Shown here piece after piece: positions 26,117-38,152 of a stretch of 64,000 bases of DNA. The stretch comes from Lama glama. Its lineage: Eukaryota. Below the pieces are notes generated by a model. The model had not been told where the DNA came from. It saw nothing but the letters and a program-made list of their open reading frames with translations, and ran no database searches. The stretch's first letter is position 1. Every line of letters begins with the position of its first letter. The translations under genes and the position numbers were made by a program. Location of the stretch: contig CM052817.1 of NCBI GenBank assembly GCA_028534125.1, positions 63,242,001 to 63,306,000 on the forward strand, written 5' to 3'.

Positions 26117-26616
26117 NNNNNNNNNNNNNNNNNNNNNNNNNNNNNNNNNNNNNNNNNNNNNNNNNNNNNNNNNNNNNNNNNNNNNNNNNNNNNNNNNNNN
26201 NNNNNNNNNNNNNNNNNNNNNNNNNNNNNNNNNNNNNNNNNNNNNNNNNNNNNNNNNNNNNNNNNNNNNNNNNNNNNNNNNNNNNNNNNNNNNNNNNNNN
26301 NNNNNNNNNNNNNNNNNNNNNNNNNNNNNNNNNNNNNNNNNNNNNNNNNNNNNNNNNNNNNNNNNNNNNNNNNNNNNNNNNNNNNNNNNNNNNNNNNNNN
26401 NNNNNNNNNNNNNNNNNNNNNNNNNNNNNNNNNNNNNNNNNNNNNNNNNNNNNNNNNNNNNNNNNNNNNNNNNNNNNNNNNNNNNNNNNNNNNNNNNNNN
26501 NNNNNNNNNNNNNNNNNNNNNNNNNNNNNNNNNNNNNNNNNNNNNNNNNNNNNNNNNNNNNNNNNNNNNNNNNNNNNNNNNNNNNNNNNNNNNNNNNNNN
26601 NNNNNNNNNNNNNNNN
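26117..26616. other. Assembly gap (500 N)
   Basis: Run of exactly 500 N; probably a placeholder length. Confidence 1.
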
Positions 26617-27249
26617 GAGGATATGGCGGCTCTGCCTGGGCCCCGCCTCTCTTCCCCTGAAAAGTTTCCGGGGGTTTTCAGAGATGGGGGTATGCACCCT
26701 TCCCCCGAGAGCACATCAACCTTGCTGTTTTATGGAGGGCCCAGGTTGTTCTGTCCTGTACAGCCACAGCCACGGCGCCCAACCCCTTGCAGACCCCCGG
26801 GGCTGCCTCTGTGCAGCCGCCCCCGTCCTCCACCCGGCTTGTGCAGTCTGGCCCTGCCTGCCGCTGCCGGCCCGCATCTCAGGCTGGGTGTCGGGAGGAC
26901 GCTCTGTGCCCGTTTAACTTAGTTCTGTCAGAAAAGGGCTGCTCTGTACGGATCCGAGCCTCGGAGGCTCCCCCTCCGTCCCACTGGCCTCTCAGTTGGA
27001 GAGGGGAGACCCAGCGAGCTGGCGCCTGTCCTCCTTTGCCGCTCCCTCCCCGCGGGACCAGTCCTGCGCTGCTTTGCCTTTTGTTCTTTCTTTTTTCCTT
27101 TTCTCCTACCAGATTTTTGGCGTCTTTATCTTTTGAAGAGGGCGATGTTCCGTCGGAGTTCCGCAGGTGCTCTGGTTGGCTGAGTGGGTCTGTAGATGTG
27201 GGTCTTGGTGTATTTGTGGGAGAGGGTGACTTACAAGCGTCCTTCTACT

Positions 27250-27260
27250 CCGCCATCTTG
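27250..27260 (-). promoter_or_regulatory. YY1-type motif at the 5' end of the L1 internal promoter
   Basis: ccgccatcttg (CAAGATGGCGG on the minus strand) about 10 nt from the L1 5' end, as in other mammalian L1 promoters. Confidence 0.7.
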
Positions 27261-27379
27261 CCTCTTCTCTCCTGCCTCTCTTTTAGAAATTGTTCTTTCT
27301 AAAGTCAGTAATCATATAATGCAACATATATGTATCTAAATTCTCATTCTCATTTTCTATTTTTAAGTCTTTAGGAGCA

Positions 27380-29560
27380 GTTCTAAACACCAAATTTCTT
27401 CTTTTGGTTTATATGGCACAACCCTCTCATTGTTCCCCTTCTGTTAGTTTGGGTGTCACTTTCCTATATTTTTACTGTCATAATCTGAATGTATGCCACT
27501 ATTCTATTCAGGTTTTTCTGTTTCTCCTCTTATATTTCCTACAATGGAAATTTCATTCATCCTCTCAGTTTGCTCTCAAGTAAAGTGAGATGCAAATCTT
27601 TATCTCCAAGCATATATTTTTCAAACTCATGTTACAAACCCCAAATTGCTACCTAGATATTTCTAGTCATATGTGTCATTATAGCCTCAAACACAGTGTA
27701 TTAAAACTTAAATTATCAACTTCTCCTAAAGACAGATTCCATTGCCATGCCTGTGATTGATGTCAGGTTACTCCATTCTCTTAAACCCCCGAACAAAAAT
27801 ATATACATTATCTTTTTTTCTCTCACTTACCGTATAAAATGAGTCAAAGACTTTCTTGCTATTAGGCTTACATCCAAACCTACCCACTGCATCCCCACTG
27901 CCATTTCCACTATATAGATTAACCTTTGGATCCTCAATTTCTATGATGAGCTATGGTACAAAGAGCATGGATTTTGGTGTTCAAATGATCATAGGTTAGA
28001 CTACCTTGTGTGACCTTCAGCAATTTACTTAAAACTTAGTTTCATCATCTGTAAAATGGAGACTTTTGCAGTCTTCATGAAAATGAAAAATAGCTGCCTG
28101 ACAGATTTGATGTGAGGATAACTTGAAAGCATTTATCTAAAGACCTAGCACAAGTCTAGTACCCACTTAGGAAAATCTATCATCTCAATTATTCCCACAG
28201 TTGCTCCTTTATTCCACTTCAGACTGCTGAGAACTACTGAAGAAAATCATACGATTCTGCAAATTCAGAGTCACAAAGAGTAGCTAGGCTTCCAATAATA
28301 ATTCATTATTTTTTGACCTCTTTTACTTTCTTCCACCTATTTTACTTTCAGAATAGTTCTGAACCATCACCATTCCCCATAAGCTGTCTTACCTGTTCTC
28401 ATTCTATTTAATCTCAGGTATGTTTTTGTCTTCAACCTAACATACACGATTGAGGCTGTCAGGAATATTTCTCTCATCTTTCTACCTTCACATCAATAAA
28501 ATTATCTAACTATGCCTCCTCTCTTATTCCCTTGCTCCCAGTTTTAGGAATGGAGTTGTCCTTCCCTTTGTCCAGTATAACCCTTCACCACTTCTTTTGA
28601 CCACTCATTTCCCATATTATCTATTTCAGGAACTTACTCCATTAGTAATGCCCCTTTTCTACTACATCCTAAATATCCATGTCCACTTACTCTTTGCCTT
28701 AATCTTAAAACACATTTGAAACTTTTCATCCTGAAATGTCCCTCCCTGGTCTAAGATTTAAATGAGCTACCATCCCAATCCTCCTCTGGTCTTCCAGGAA
28801 AAATTTCTTAAAAGGATATTTTTTTATTCACTCTACATACTTCCTCAATTCTTTATTTCTTAGCCTCCTAGAAACAAACTTGCTTCTCTATCCATCCTCT
28901 AAATTAGATCATATCTAGGTTGTCAACCATTTGACTATTTTAAAATAGACCCCTCCAGTGAATTTGCATTTGCCCCTCATCATTTCATGAATTCTCTTTC
29001 CTTTGGCTTCCATGACCCTACTGTTTCCTACTTCCAGAACTGTGCCTTTGTAATGTTTCTTGTGAGCTCAGTCTCCTCTGCTTGATGCTTAGGTGTGCTA
29101 CTCTGAAGTGAAATCTCATGTAATTTCACATTTTGAACAATCATTGGTATGCAAATGATTACCAATTATATATTTATGCTTTTAGTCTTGAGCTCTTCTC
29201 TGAGCTCCAGCTCTACATATACAATTCTTGACTCAATTGCTCAGCTGTGCCTCTTCATTTAACTCTTTAACAGGCACATCAATTTCAGCATGTCCAAAAG
29301 AGAACTTAGCAATCTTTCTTCAAAACTCACCCGCCTCTTTTATCCCAAATTTCTGTTAGTGATATTGTCATTGCAACTGTGAGTTGCCCTTGTCAGAGAT
29401 TGGTTTTCCTACTTCTGACTCCTACATTGAATCAATGACTGAATCTTATATAACTACTTATAAAATGATTCTCCCGTTCATAATGTTTTCTTCATTCCAA
29501 GCATCAGTGATATTATTCAGTCCCTCAACATTTCTCAACTTGCCTAAGGAAATATATTCT
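27380..29560 (+). mobile_element. L2 LINE fragments (RT-region remnants) with an embedded MIR at ~27945-28190
   Basis: ctttcctttggcttccatgaccctactg; tatgcaaatgattaccaatt (YADD-region remnant); ctcttctctgagctccag; aggcacatcaatttcagcatgtccaaaag. MIR core: tagtttcatcatctgtaaaatgg. Confidence 0.7.
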
Positions 29561-29624
29561 AAATAGTAAACATAAAAAAGATAATATAGCATATTGGCAA
29601 AGAGTGTACACTTAGAATGGTAAG

Positions 29625-29627
<3 letters not shown>

Positions 29628-29677
<50 letters not shown>

Positions 29678-29696
29678 ACACACACACACACACACA
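29628..29696. repeat. (CA)n microsatellite interrupted by GAGA
   Basis: Directly visible in the sequence. Confidence 0.98.
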
Positions 29697-31189
29697 TATG
29701 TATATAACCAAGAGGGCCAGCATAAGTTATATTAAACTACAGTGAAGACCAAGCAAATCAGTGAAGTATGCTGAGAGGTTACAGCAGCAATTTACATGTG
29801 AGGCTTTGTAGAACTGAACTCTTACTGTTTCAGTGGGAATGGGAATGGGAAAAATGAGAGAGAAAAAAAGGAACCCTTAGGAAACAGAACTACATTAGGC
29901 CAATAAAGAATAATGATAAATTTTAAAAAATGAATCTTAGTTACAAAGTCCAAGTTTCTGAAACAGATAAAGGACAACTAAAATCTATTTTGGGGGGAAA
30001 ATGAAGACTCTTGTTTCCTTTTTTTCCTATATTCAGGGTGAATGAAGTATAATAAGGTGGTGCAATACAAAAACTGTACCTCAATTTAAATTCAACGGTG
30101 TCCTTTATTCCTTAAACATTTGTCTGTCTTTCCTCATTATCTGAGAACTGATGTTAACCATCCCAAACCAATAGTCGATAAAAAGAAATAAAAACACCCT
30201 GAAATATTCCATATACATATGTACCCATGTAAACATTTCTGGTGAAAGAATTACTTGAGTGTAAAATGAATAAAAAATGCTTATAGATAACAGAATATAC
30301 TTTAAAATCCCTAGTATATTAATAGTCAGCCTAAGAAAAAAGTTAGAATAAAGTTTTTGAAAACTTAACTAATGTATAACCACTAAACTGTGAATTATGT
30401 AGTTCAAGGTAAGAAATTATTTTAGTTCACAGCCTCCTAGTTACTTGGTTTAAGGATTTTCTCATTTATTCTGAAAAATAAAAGTAAAGGATAAGAGTAT
30501 ATGCTCTAGTCACAAAACAGTAATGTGAAACTTATCTCCATTTCTTTTGGACTATAATAAATATATCAAGGTGATTTAGAAAATGACTCTCTCACATAAG
30601 TCACTGAAATATTTGCTTATTTTGTTGTATGTATATATTTCCTCTCCTAAAATCTGTTTGTTGTCCAACAAAAAAATTGAAAGTCAAGAAATTAAAATGA
30701 TTTCAAATCATTACATAAATCTGGAATGAATGAAACCAAAACCATCAGATCTGATTGCTTCTAGAGACTAAGTTGATGTAAGCTGTGCATTTCTTATTTA
30801 TTTTTAGAATGAAAGCTAGAAGATTAATCCAGTATTCCTAAAAATGCATGGAATTCTAAAATCTTTTTAATATTTTCTCTTAAGTAGAGGAATTGTCTCC
30901 TTCATTGATATCGTGATATTGGTATCTTAATACACTCACTATTTTGTAGTTAAATTTTTAAGAACTTTGATTCTAATTTGTTTCTTAGGCTGAATATAAA
31001 ACTTTATTATGGAAGACTTTTAAAAGGAAAATTATGTTATTTTCCTACAATAAATCTTCTAAATCCACAGTTTGAATCTAAAGCAATTGAGATTATTCCT
31101 CCCAATGTCTCCTTGGAAGAAGTCCAGAAAACAATTATATTTTATTTTGTTTTATTTTATTCTAAGCATGTTTTAGAATTTCATGATGA

Positions 31190-31430
31190 TAATAATAATA
31201 TTTTATTGAGTGGCTGACATTGTCAACCATGATGCCTAATGCTTTACAGATATTAGCTCATTAAACCTGCTCTAGCTCTGTGAAATAAGTAATAATATTA
31301 TCCCTGTTTCATAAAGGAATAAATCGAGGCTTTGAAAGGTTATATAACTTGCTCAAACATACATCATTAGAAAGTTGTCAGAGTGGTATTTAAAACTATG
31401 TCTGCTTTAAACTATAATCCTTATCCTATA
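31190..31430 (-). mobile_element. MIR
   Basis: tttattgagtggctgac...attatccctgtttcataaaggaataaatcgaggctttgaaaggttatataacttgctcaa. Confidence 0.75.
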
Positions 31431-33523
31431 TTGTGTAAAGAAAAAGAATTCTAGAGTTCTTCATCAGTTTTTTAAAATGAAATTTATTTAACTTTTATAG
31501 TACACTTTTCATATATGTCTTTGAAATCATAAGCAACTCATCTTCATGATAGTGTCTGAAACTACAACCTAGTATATTTTAAAAGTATTATTAAGAAGGT
31601 GTTAATTCCAAATAGCATTAAAATTACTTAGTACTGTAAATCTTTCTGCTTCTCTCAGATCCACAATTTCAATGTCATTTGTCAGAAATATTCAGCATCT
31701 AAGGTCTTTGTCCTGTGTGCTTGTAAAGAGACTGCTGAGATAAAGGGTGACTTTTCATTGCTGTGTGGTCTGAACAAGTGTCAAGCTGGTCATTTTTCAG
31801 CTTACAGGCCGATTAGTTACAACAGTTCAACTAGAAAGTCATTGCTCAGGGCAGTGTTTAAAGTGGTAGATTCTATGATATAAACTGGCAGAGGGACATT
31901 AAAGCAAGTGGGAGAAGAGGGTCCTTTTGAGGAGGAATGTGGTAGAAAACATGAAAAACAAAATACACTTTGAGACTCTCTGGGACTTGATGGGAAGGCC
32001 ACCCACACAAGTCACCTCTTTTATAACTGCACAAAAGAGAGCACCCTCCTTGTATGTTTGCATCTATTTCATGTTCCTTTTTTTGTGGACTAGTGTGATT
32101 TAGCACTGGTGTCTGCTGGATAAAAAGGGTCTGATTAATGTGTGGCACTTCATGTTACAGCACATACACCCATGTAAGTGATGGAAGACCCTCACATAAT
32201 TGGATCTGAAATGGAATAAAATGATGAAAAATTTAGCATAGCCTTTGTCTTTATATGCGACAGTGGGGACAGCTGAGAGGTCAGGATACTCGGAAACGAT
32301 GAGGGGCATTTTATAGTTTCTGCTGGTAAAAATTTGTTTAACACAATCCCATGATTAAAAGGAGTGTGCATCCTGCTGTGGCACCAAGGTACAAGAGAGG
32401 GAATAATAAATTGGTGCCATTGACACGATGTCATTTGTTATCTGCTTTAAAATGTCAGGTCATGTCACTGTGGTGAAATATTTTCTCTCTTGATGTATGT
32501 CTTACAAAGCAGGTTCAATGTTTGGCACTATTCTATTTCAATAAAAGAAAACAGCTTTTATCTGGAAAGCACTGTCACCAGGAGGAAAATAAGGTCATTT
32601 GAGACTCTTATTTGGCCATTTCTCCACAACCCTCCATTAACACTTTATTTCAATAGCCCAGTTGGTCCAAATTCTTTCTTTAATTTATCTTTTGAGGAGT
32701 GTAATTATCCATCTGCTCTCTTGGCCAAAGGCAGGGAGAAAAGGGGCTTTTAGGTATTGCAAGGTTATGAAAAGGCCACAACATAGTTGTACATTCTTAT
32801 GTGCTATTCCTATCTGATTGTTAGAATCTTCCTAACTCCTTCTCTCCAGAAGTCTCAGGATACAAACATAGAAGGAAAAAAAAAAAAAAAGCTCTTCTAG
32901 ATTATATCAGATAAAACTAAGTAAAGGGAATTTTAAAGGCCAAAAATGTAGAAAAAAATATAAAAGTTATGTATTTGCAGGCTATGATACTATTACATTG
33001 ATATATAATTCAAATTACTATGAATGTCAGTGATATAAAATACAGCACATTAAAGACTCAGTGAGTTGTTTTCCATGTTTCACATGTCCACATTTTCCAT
33101 GTAAACTTAACATAGTGACATTGAATAGAATATGTTTGTCTTGTGCTAGATCAAGCTGGTATCTTGAATTACAGAACCATGTTCTCATTGAGCTGGAAAA
33201 AAAAATCTGATTTGGATGGTAGGAAACAGCTTACTCAACAAATGAGTAAATAAGAAGTTATCTAATTTCTTGTTGGACATATCTTAGCTCAATATTTTAC
33301 ACAAAACTCAAAATTGCGAGTGTCAAACTACAAAATCAGATAAAGTGAGAAAGCTAAATAGCTCTGACCTGTGTCATAAAAGACCTATAGGATGTTTTAA
33401 TAATAGTATTTTGCATACAACCCAGCATGAAAATTTGCCTTATGGATACCATGGAGAACAGGTCAAGGGTTTAGTGAAGATTGTTATAAAGAGATGAAAA
33501 GGTGGGCTTACAGACACCCAAAC

Positions 33524-33849
33524 TGTTAGAATTGGAGAGAAGGGATCAGAGACAGCTCAACAGCAGAGTCAGGTTTATTGCAAGAACCCTGCAGAAGGAG
33601 TCTCCAATTATACTGGAGCTTGCTCTCTGAGTACAGGCTTGGTTATTTATGCCTGGGGATAGGAGCTGATTGGTGGGTTCTTATGCAAATGAGGGATGCT
33701 GAAAGTAAGAGGGGCTGAAAGAGAGAGGGACATGTCGGATGAACTCTCACAGGCAGAAAGGGATTTAACTAAAGGCAAAAGTTGCAGCGTGTGGTCGGCT
33801 GACTTGAGATGGCGGCTTATCATCAAAATGGAGTTGGTCTTGCCTATCA
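33524..33849 (-). mobile_element. Small solo LTR (326 bp) with a perfect 5-bp TSD (ERVL-like)
   Basis: TG...CA termini; caaac at 33519-33523 and 33850-33854; minus-strand CCAAT, TATA-like and AATAAA elements in LTR order. Confidence 0.8.
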
Positions 33850-35639
33850 CAAACCTCACATCAGACCAAGCGACAACTCTTTCTTGTTGTTGTTTTCATT
33901 TTTCAAAAAAGGCATTAGACTGCTATCAAAAGTAGTATGGAAATAGAGATCTCTTTACTAGAAATCAGCTATAAAGATCAGTGTTGCAAATTCAAATGCA
34001 CACAGTAACCAGGCTAATCACTCTCTGAACTAGCCAGTGGGAGTGCTGTCTGAAAGGAGCTTCTCTGCTGCATCTCACTCTTGCCAAAGCTCATTTTTCA
34101 ATAGTAGAATAATAGTTTAAAATTTCAGATTTTATTCATGTGAAATCTTCTGAGGGTTTAAAACATATGAAAAATAACAATGTATGCCATTGTAAAATTG
34201 TCTGTGAGTAGTATGTGACAACCTTCTAGTTGCTATAAATTGATAATTTTTCAAATTACTGAGGCTGGTTTGTTCAGAACCTTTTGTTGCAAGTAAATTA
34301 CATGGAATAGATTTGCATTATTATTTGCATGATGCATTGTTGTTATCTTATTATAAACCAGAAAAAAATGAAGATGATATTACAGGTGAACAGAAATTCC
34401 ACTGAACTTATACAGCCTCCAGGAACCCAATGACCCCAAAGAGAAAAAGGCAAATTATTTACCTCAGAAATACCATCTTCCACAAGATTAGCAATTGGTG
34501 GAAAGAGCAGCATAAGCAAATAAACTAAAGGATAAGAACGTTCATGAAAGACGACTGATCTTTAAAGACTTCTGTACACACAAGGAAAATCTTCCATATG
34601 ATAATGAGTATATCTAACTCCCTCAGAGACTGCATTTAAATGAATTTCCTATGGTGGTGGCAGCTGCTCCTTCAGTTATAGTTAAAAATATCAAGTCTCT
34701 ATGTTCCTTTTATTCAAAATGTCTACATAGCTAACTAATTTAGGAAAAGATAAAATTGTGCTACATCCATGCATTAATTCTTTAAACTTGTTAGTGCTTT
34801 TAGTGCATAAGAACTAAGCATATCTATTTTTAAGAGAAGAAAAATTTAGAGAGATTTAACACAAGAAAACATACAAACCTTAAAGGGTTTGAACTTTGAA
34901 AATTTAAGGTGGAATGTTCAAATGCTCTTTAATATATCTTTAATGTAGTTTAATAAAAATAATAAATTGTCTCCAAATTCCACAGAAGAACAAAAAGCCA
35001 ACAGTGTAATCTATGGAGAAGAGATGAAGTTTGCACAAAAGATGCCTAATGTGGCGGAATGACTTATTGAAACATTAACTTGGATTTTGCTTAGATTCCT
35101 ATAAACGTTTTCCCTTTCTTATTCCAAGAAGATAGTCAATGTTGTCTTTTCTTCACTCAGTTTCTGCAGAGTAGTCAGGTCTAAAGGAAATATTCCTTGA
35201 CACAAGAAGGTAATTGCTCTCCTAGGTTTTGTTTGTAAGAGTTGTGGAATTCTGTAGAATTATCCCGGAAGGGAAGGAATGAAAAAAGCAAAAGTTACTA
35301 AATGAGGAAACATTGGCAGAAAACTTCCTTCCAAAACTGTTAAAAGGAATAAGGATTTTATGAGTCCCATAGCATCTTGGAAATAGCAGGATCTCAAGGA
35401 GAATCGCTAGGCAATGCACTTAGAGGCTGGACACTTGAAACCGAACATCCCCACCTTGCAAGTCAACAGCAGTTTAGCTTGGCATCTGCATTAGTAAGAC
35501 TGGCTGGTTTAGACATTGAACACATCAACTATGGCCAGTATAGACTGAAACCAGAGGGTCCTTCCCTGACATGTTCTGCAGCTCATAGGAACCTAGGGAA
35601 CATTGTTCAGTTGTCTACATTTTTATCTTTCTATTCTTC

Positions 35640-37010
35640 TTCTCTAAACAGTCCTTAGTGAACTGTGGTTAGGCTCTAGACTTCAGCCTCTCATTACCAC
35701 TGCTTTAGCCAAAGTGGCTAACAAGGTCTCGGTTGCTAAACCCAGAAGACACTTACTAAGGAATACACTTGAACTGCTACTTTTGACATGGTCTGTAGTT
35801 CCTTCTTGAAATGCTCTCTTCCTTTACATTCTGTGATTGTTTTGTGTGGTTTCTTATCTGTGAACAATCTTTCACCCCTTTTTGGGCTTTCCTTTGTCTA
35901 CCCATTTCATAAAAGCCATTCTTTCTTCCTTGTGCTAATTCCTTCGCACTGTTTCCTTTTCACTCAACATATTTTCCTGGGTGTTCCAATAGTCTCAAAA
36001 TAATCCATTTTTTATTCATTAATCATCTCAGTTTAAATATTATTTTCTACAAGAAATTCTTCTTGACTCTCTTAAGTCTAGATTATTTGCCCTTCTGTGT
36101 GATTTTTTTCGAATTCAACCTTATTATATCATGTGTCAGATATGTCCCTAGAGTATGATCGACGTAGTACAAAAAAACTTGTGTTCACTATTGCATCCTC
36201 AAGGAACTGCACAGTATCAGACATATAATAGCCAGTAGATAATCATATACTGATTTTCTTTAATATTGGTTAGAATAGTGGGGCATCCTTAGTATCTCTC
36301 TGTCCTCATTCTTTGGGTCATAGAGAGATAATAACTTATAATTTAAAAAAAAATTCTCCTTAGATCTCAGAAAACTCAAAATCCTTGTACTTCTCTTCTT
36401 TCTGTAGTTGAAGTCATTTAATTCAGTCATTCCTCCAATGTCTATCAATCCTCAGCTTAAACTAGAGATGGAGCTATAAGGTGATTGTAGAAAAGCAGGA
36501 GTGCAAGGACAAAAGAATCTTAAGTTGTACTAACTTTGCTCTCTTTTGATATCCAGTTGTTCTTACAGATGTATTAACTTTGCCCTTCTGCTTCAATTTT
36601 GAAAAACTTGGCTTCTGCCTAACCCATTCCTGCATCTGTCTTAGCAATGACCTAGTGGCCCAGTCTCTATGGAATTGTCCCTGTCTTATTCTTGACAGCC
36701 TTTTTCCTGTAGATTGGAGTCTACTTAAATTTCACCTCCTCAGGGAAGCCTTTCATAATTCTGTTGACTAGGTTATATTTTCCTGCCATATGGTCTCATA
36801 GCTCAGCTCAGTATGGCACTTATTCAAAATACTCTTACACCAATTATACTTATATATAATTATATGTGTAAAATTAATATTTGTTTATCTCACTAAACTG
36901 TAGGCTCTATGAAGGCAAACATTATGTCTACCTTGTTAAAAACTCTTATTTTGAGTCACTAACACAGGGTCTGGCACATAGCAGTTATTCATTACATAAG
37001 TAGGGAAATA
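35640..37010 (+). mobile_element. L2 fragments (at least two 3' ends)
   Basis: ccttcttgaaatgctctcttccttt; cacctcctcagggaagcctttc; taaactgtaggctctatgaaggca; aacacagggtctggcacatag. Confidence 0.65.
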
Positions 37011-37428
37011 ATGAAGCCAGCCCATTGGCTGGGGCATATTCCCACCTGATACATTTCCTGAAGGCCAGGTACCTTTCTTCCTCTAGGTCTTTGCCTTTGG
37101 ATGCTCCACTCAGCTATCACTACTTTGGACTAATTCAGTGCACTGGCACTCACTCCTGGTCTGAAACATAGCCTTTTGGTGCCATACTTCTGTATGTGTT
37201 TTTTCTTTCAGCACCTAAAGTTTAATCTACAATAATCATCTAATCCCAAATGTCAGATCCCCTCAGACTACCTTTTCAGCCACAGTTACCTGAATCCTAT
37301 CTAATTTTGCCTAAACTGAAACAAATTGCTTTTTTAGCCCAAGAGGTACTGGATATAGTTTGACCAAAAATGCTGCTACTCCTGAGGTCACATTTTACAT
37401 TCCTGCACATCAAGAAATGCAATGATTA

Positions 37429-37747
37429 AAACAAACAAACAAACAAAAACAAAGCATAAATACAGGACAAAAATAGACTCATGAACAGAGAAAACAGACT
37501 TGTGGTTACCAGGGGGGTAGAGGGTGGGAAGGGATAGACTGGGATTTTAAAATTGTAGAATAGATAAACAAGATTACACTGTATAGCACAGGGAAATATA
37601 CACAACATGTTATGATAAATCACAGAGAAAAAAATGTGACAATGAGTGTGTATATGTCCATGAATGACTGAAAAATTGTGCTGAACACTGGAATTTGACA
37701 CAACATTGTAAAATGAGTATAAATCAATAAAAAATGTTAAAAAAAAA
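37429..37747 (+). mobile_element. Young 5'-truncated L1 3' end with a perfect 17-bp TSD
   Basis: TSD aagaaatgcaatgatta at 37412-37428 and 37748-37764; AATAAA plus A-tail; nearly identical to the 3' end at 25925-26116. Confidence 0.95.
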
Positions 37748-37818
37748 AAGAAATGCAATGATTAGGCAAACTAGGTGACTCTACTTAAACAAGATTTCCA
37801 AGTAGAAAGCCAGTTCAA

Positions 37819-38152
37819 GAAGGAGAAAGAAAGGTACCATATGTCACTTATACGTGGAATCTTAAAAAATGATACAAATGAACTTATTTAAAAAACAGCA
37901 GATTCACAGACATGGAAAACAAACTTATGGTTACCAGAGGAGGAAGGGAGTGGGGAGGGATACATTGGGAATTGAGGATTTGCAGATACTACTATATATA
38001 AAATAGATAAACAACAAGATCCTACTGTATAGCACAAGGAACTATATCCATTACCTTGTAATATCCTATATATATGTATATATCTGAATCACTATGCTGT
38101 ACAGCAGAAACTAACACAACATTGTAAATCAAGTATAGTTCAATGAAAAAAA
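37819..38152 (+). mobile_element. Older 5'-truncated L1 3' end with a perfect 15-bp TSD
   Basis: TSD agaaagccagttcaa at 37804-37818 and 38153-38167; same type as the elements at 5872, 8600 and 48495. Confidence 0.92.

Larger units (their letters stand above)
25925..27269 (-). mobile_element. Young, probably full-length L1 (3' UTR + gap + CpG-rich 5' UTR) with a 15-bp TSD
   Basis: Poly-T tail and L1 3' UTR at 25925-26116; GC/CpG-rich 5' UTR at 26617-27269, which on the minus strand starts gagaagaggCAAGATGGCGG; TSD tcctgcc(c/t)ctctttt at 25910-25924 and 27270-27284. Confidence 0.88.

Noticed and set aside
25970..26917. Long ORFs in the ORF track (also 50943-51575)
   Set aside because: Artefacts of translating through N gaps.
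29142..29156. CATTGGTATGCAAAT, a 14/15 match to the Sox-Oct composite motif
   Set aside because: It lies in the decayed YADD-coding part of an L2 and the mismatch hits the Sox core, so it is likely coincidental.
29458..29697. ORF with a CVCVCV repeat
   Set aside because: Translation of the (CA)n microsatellite.
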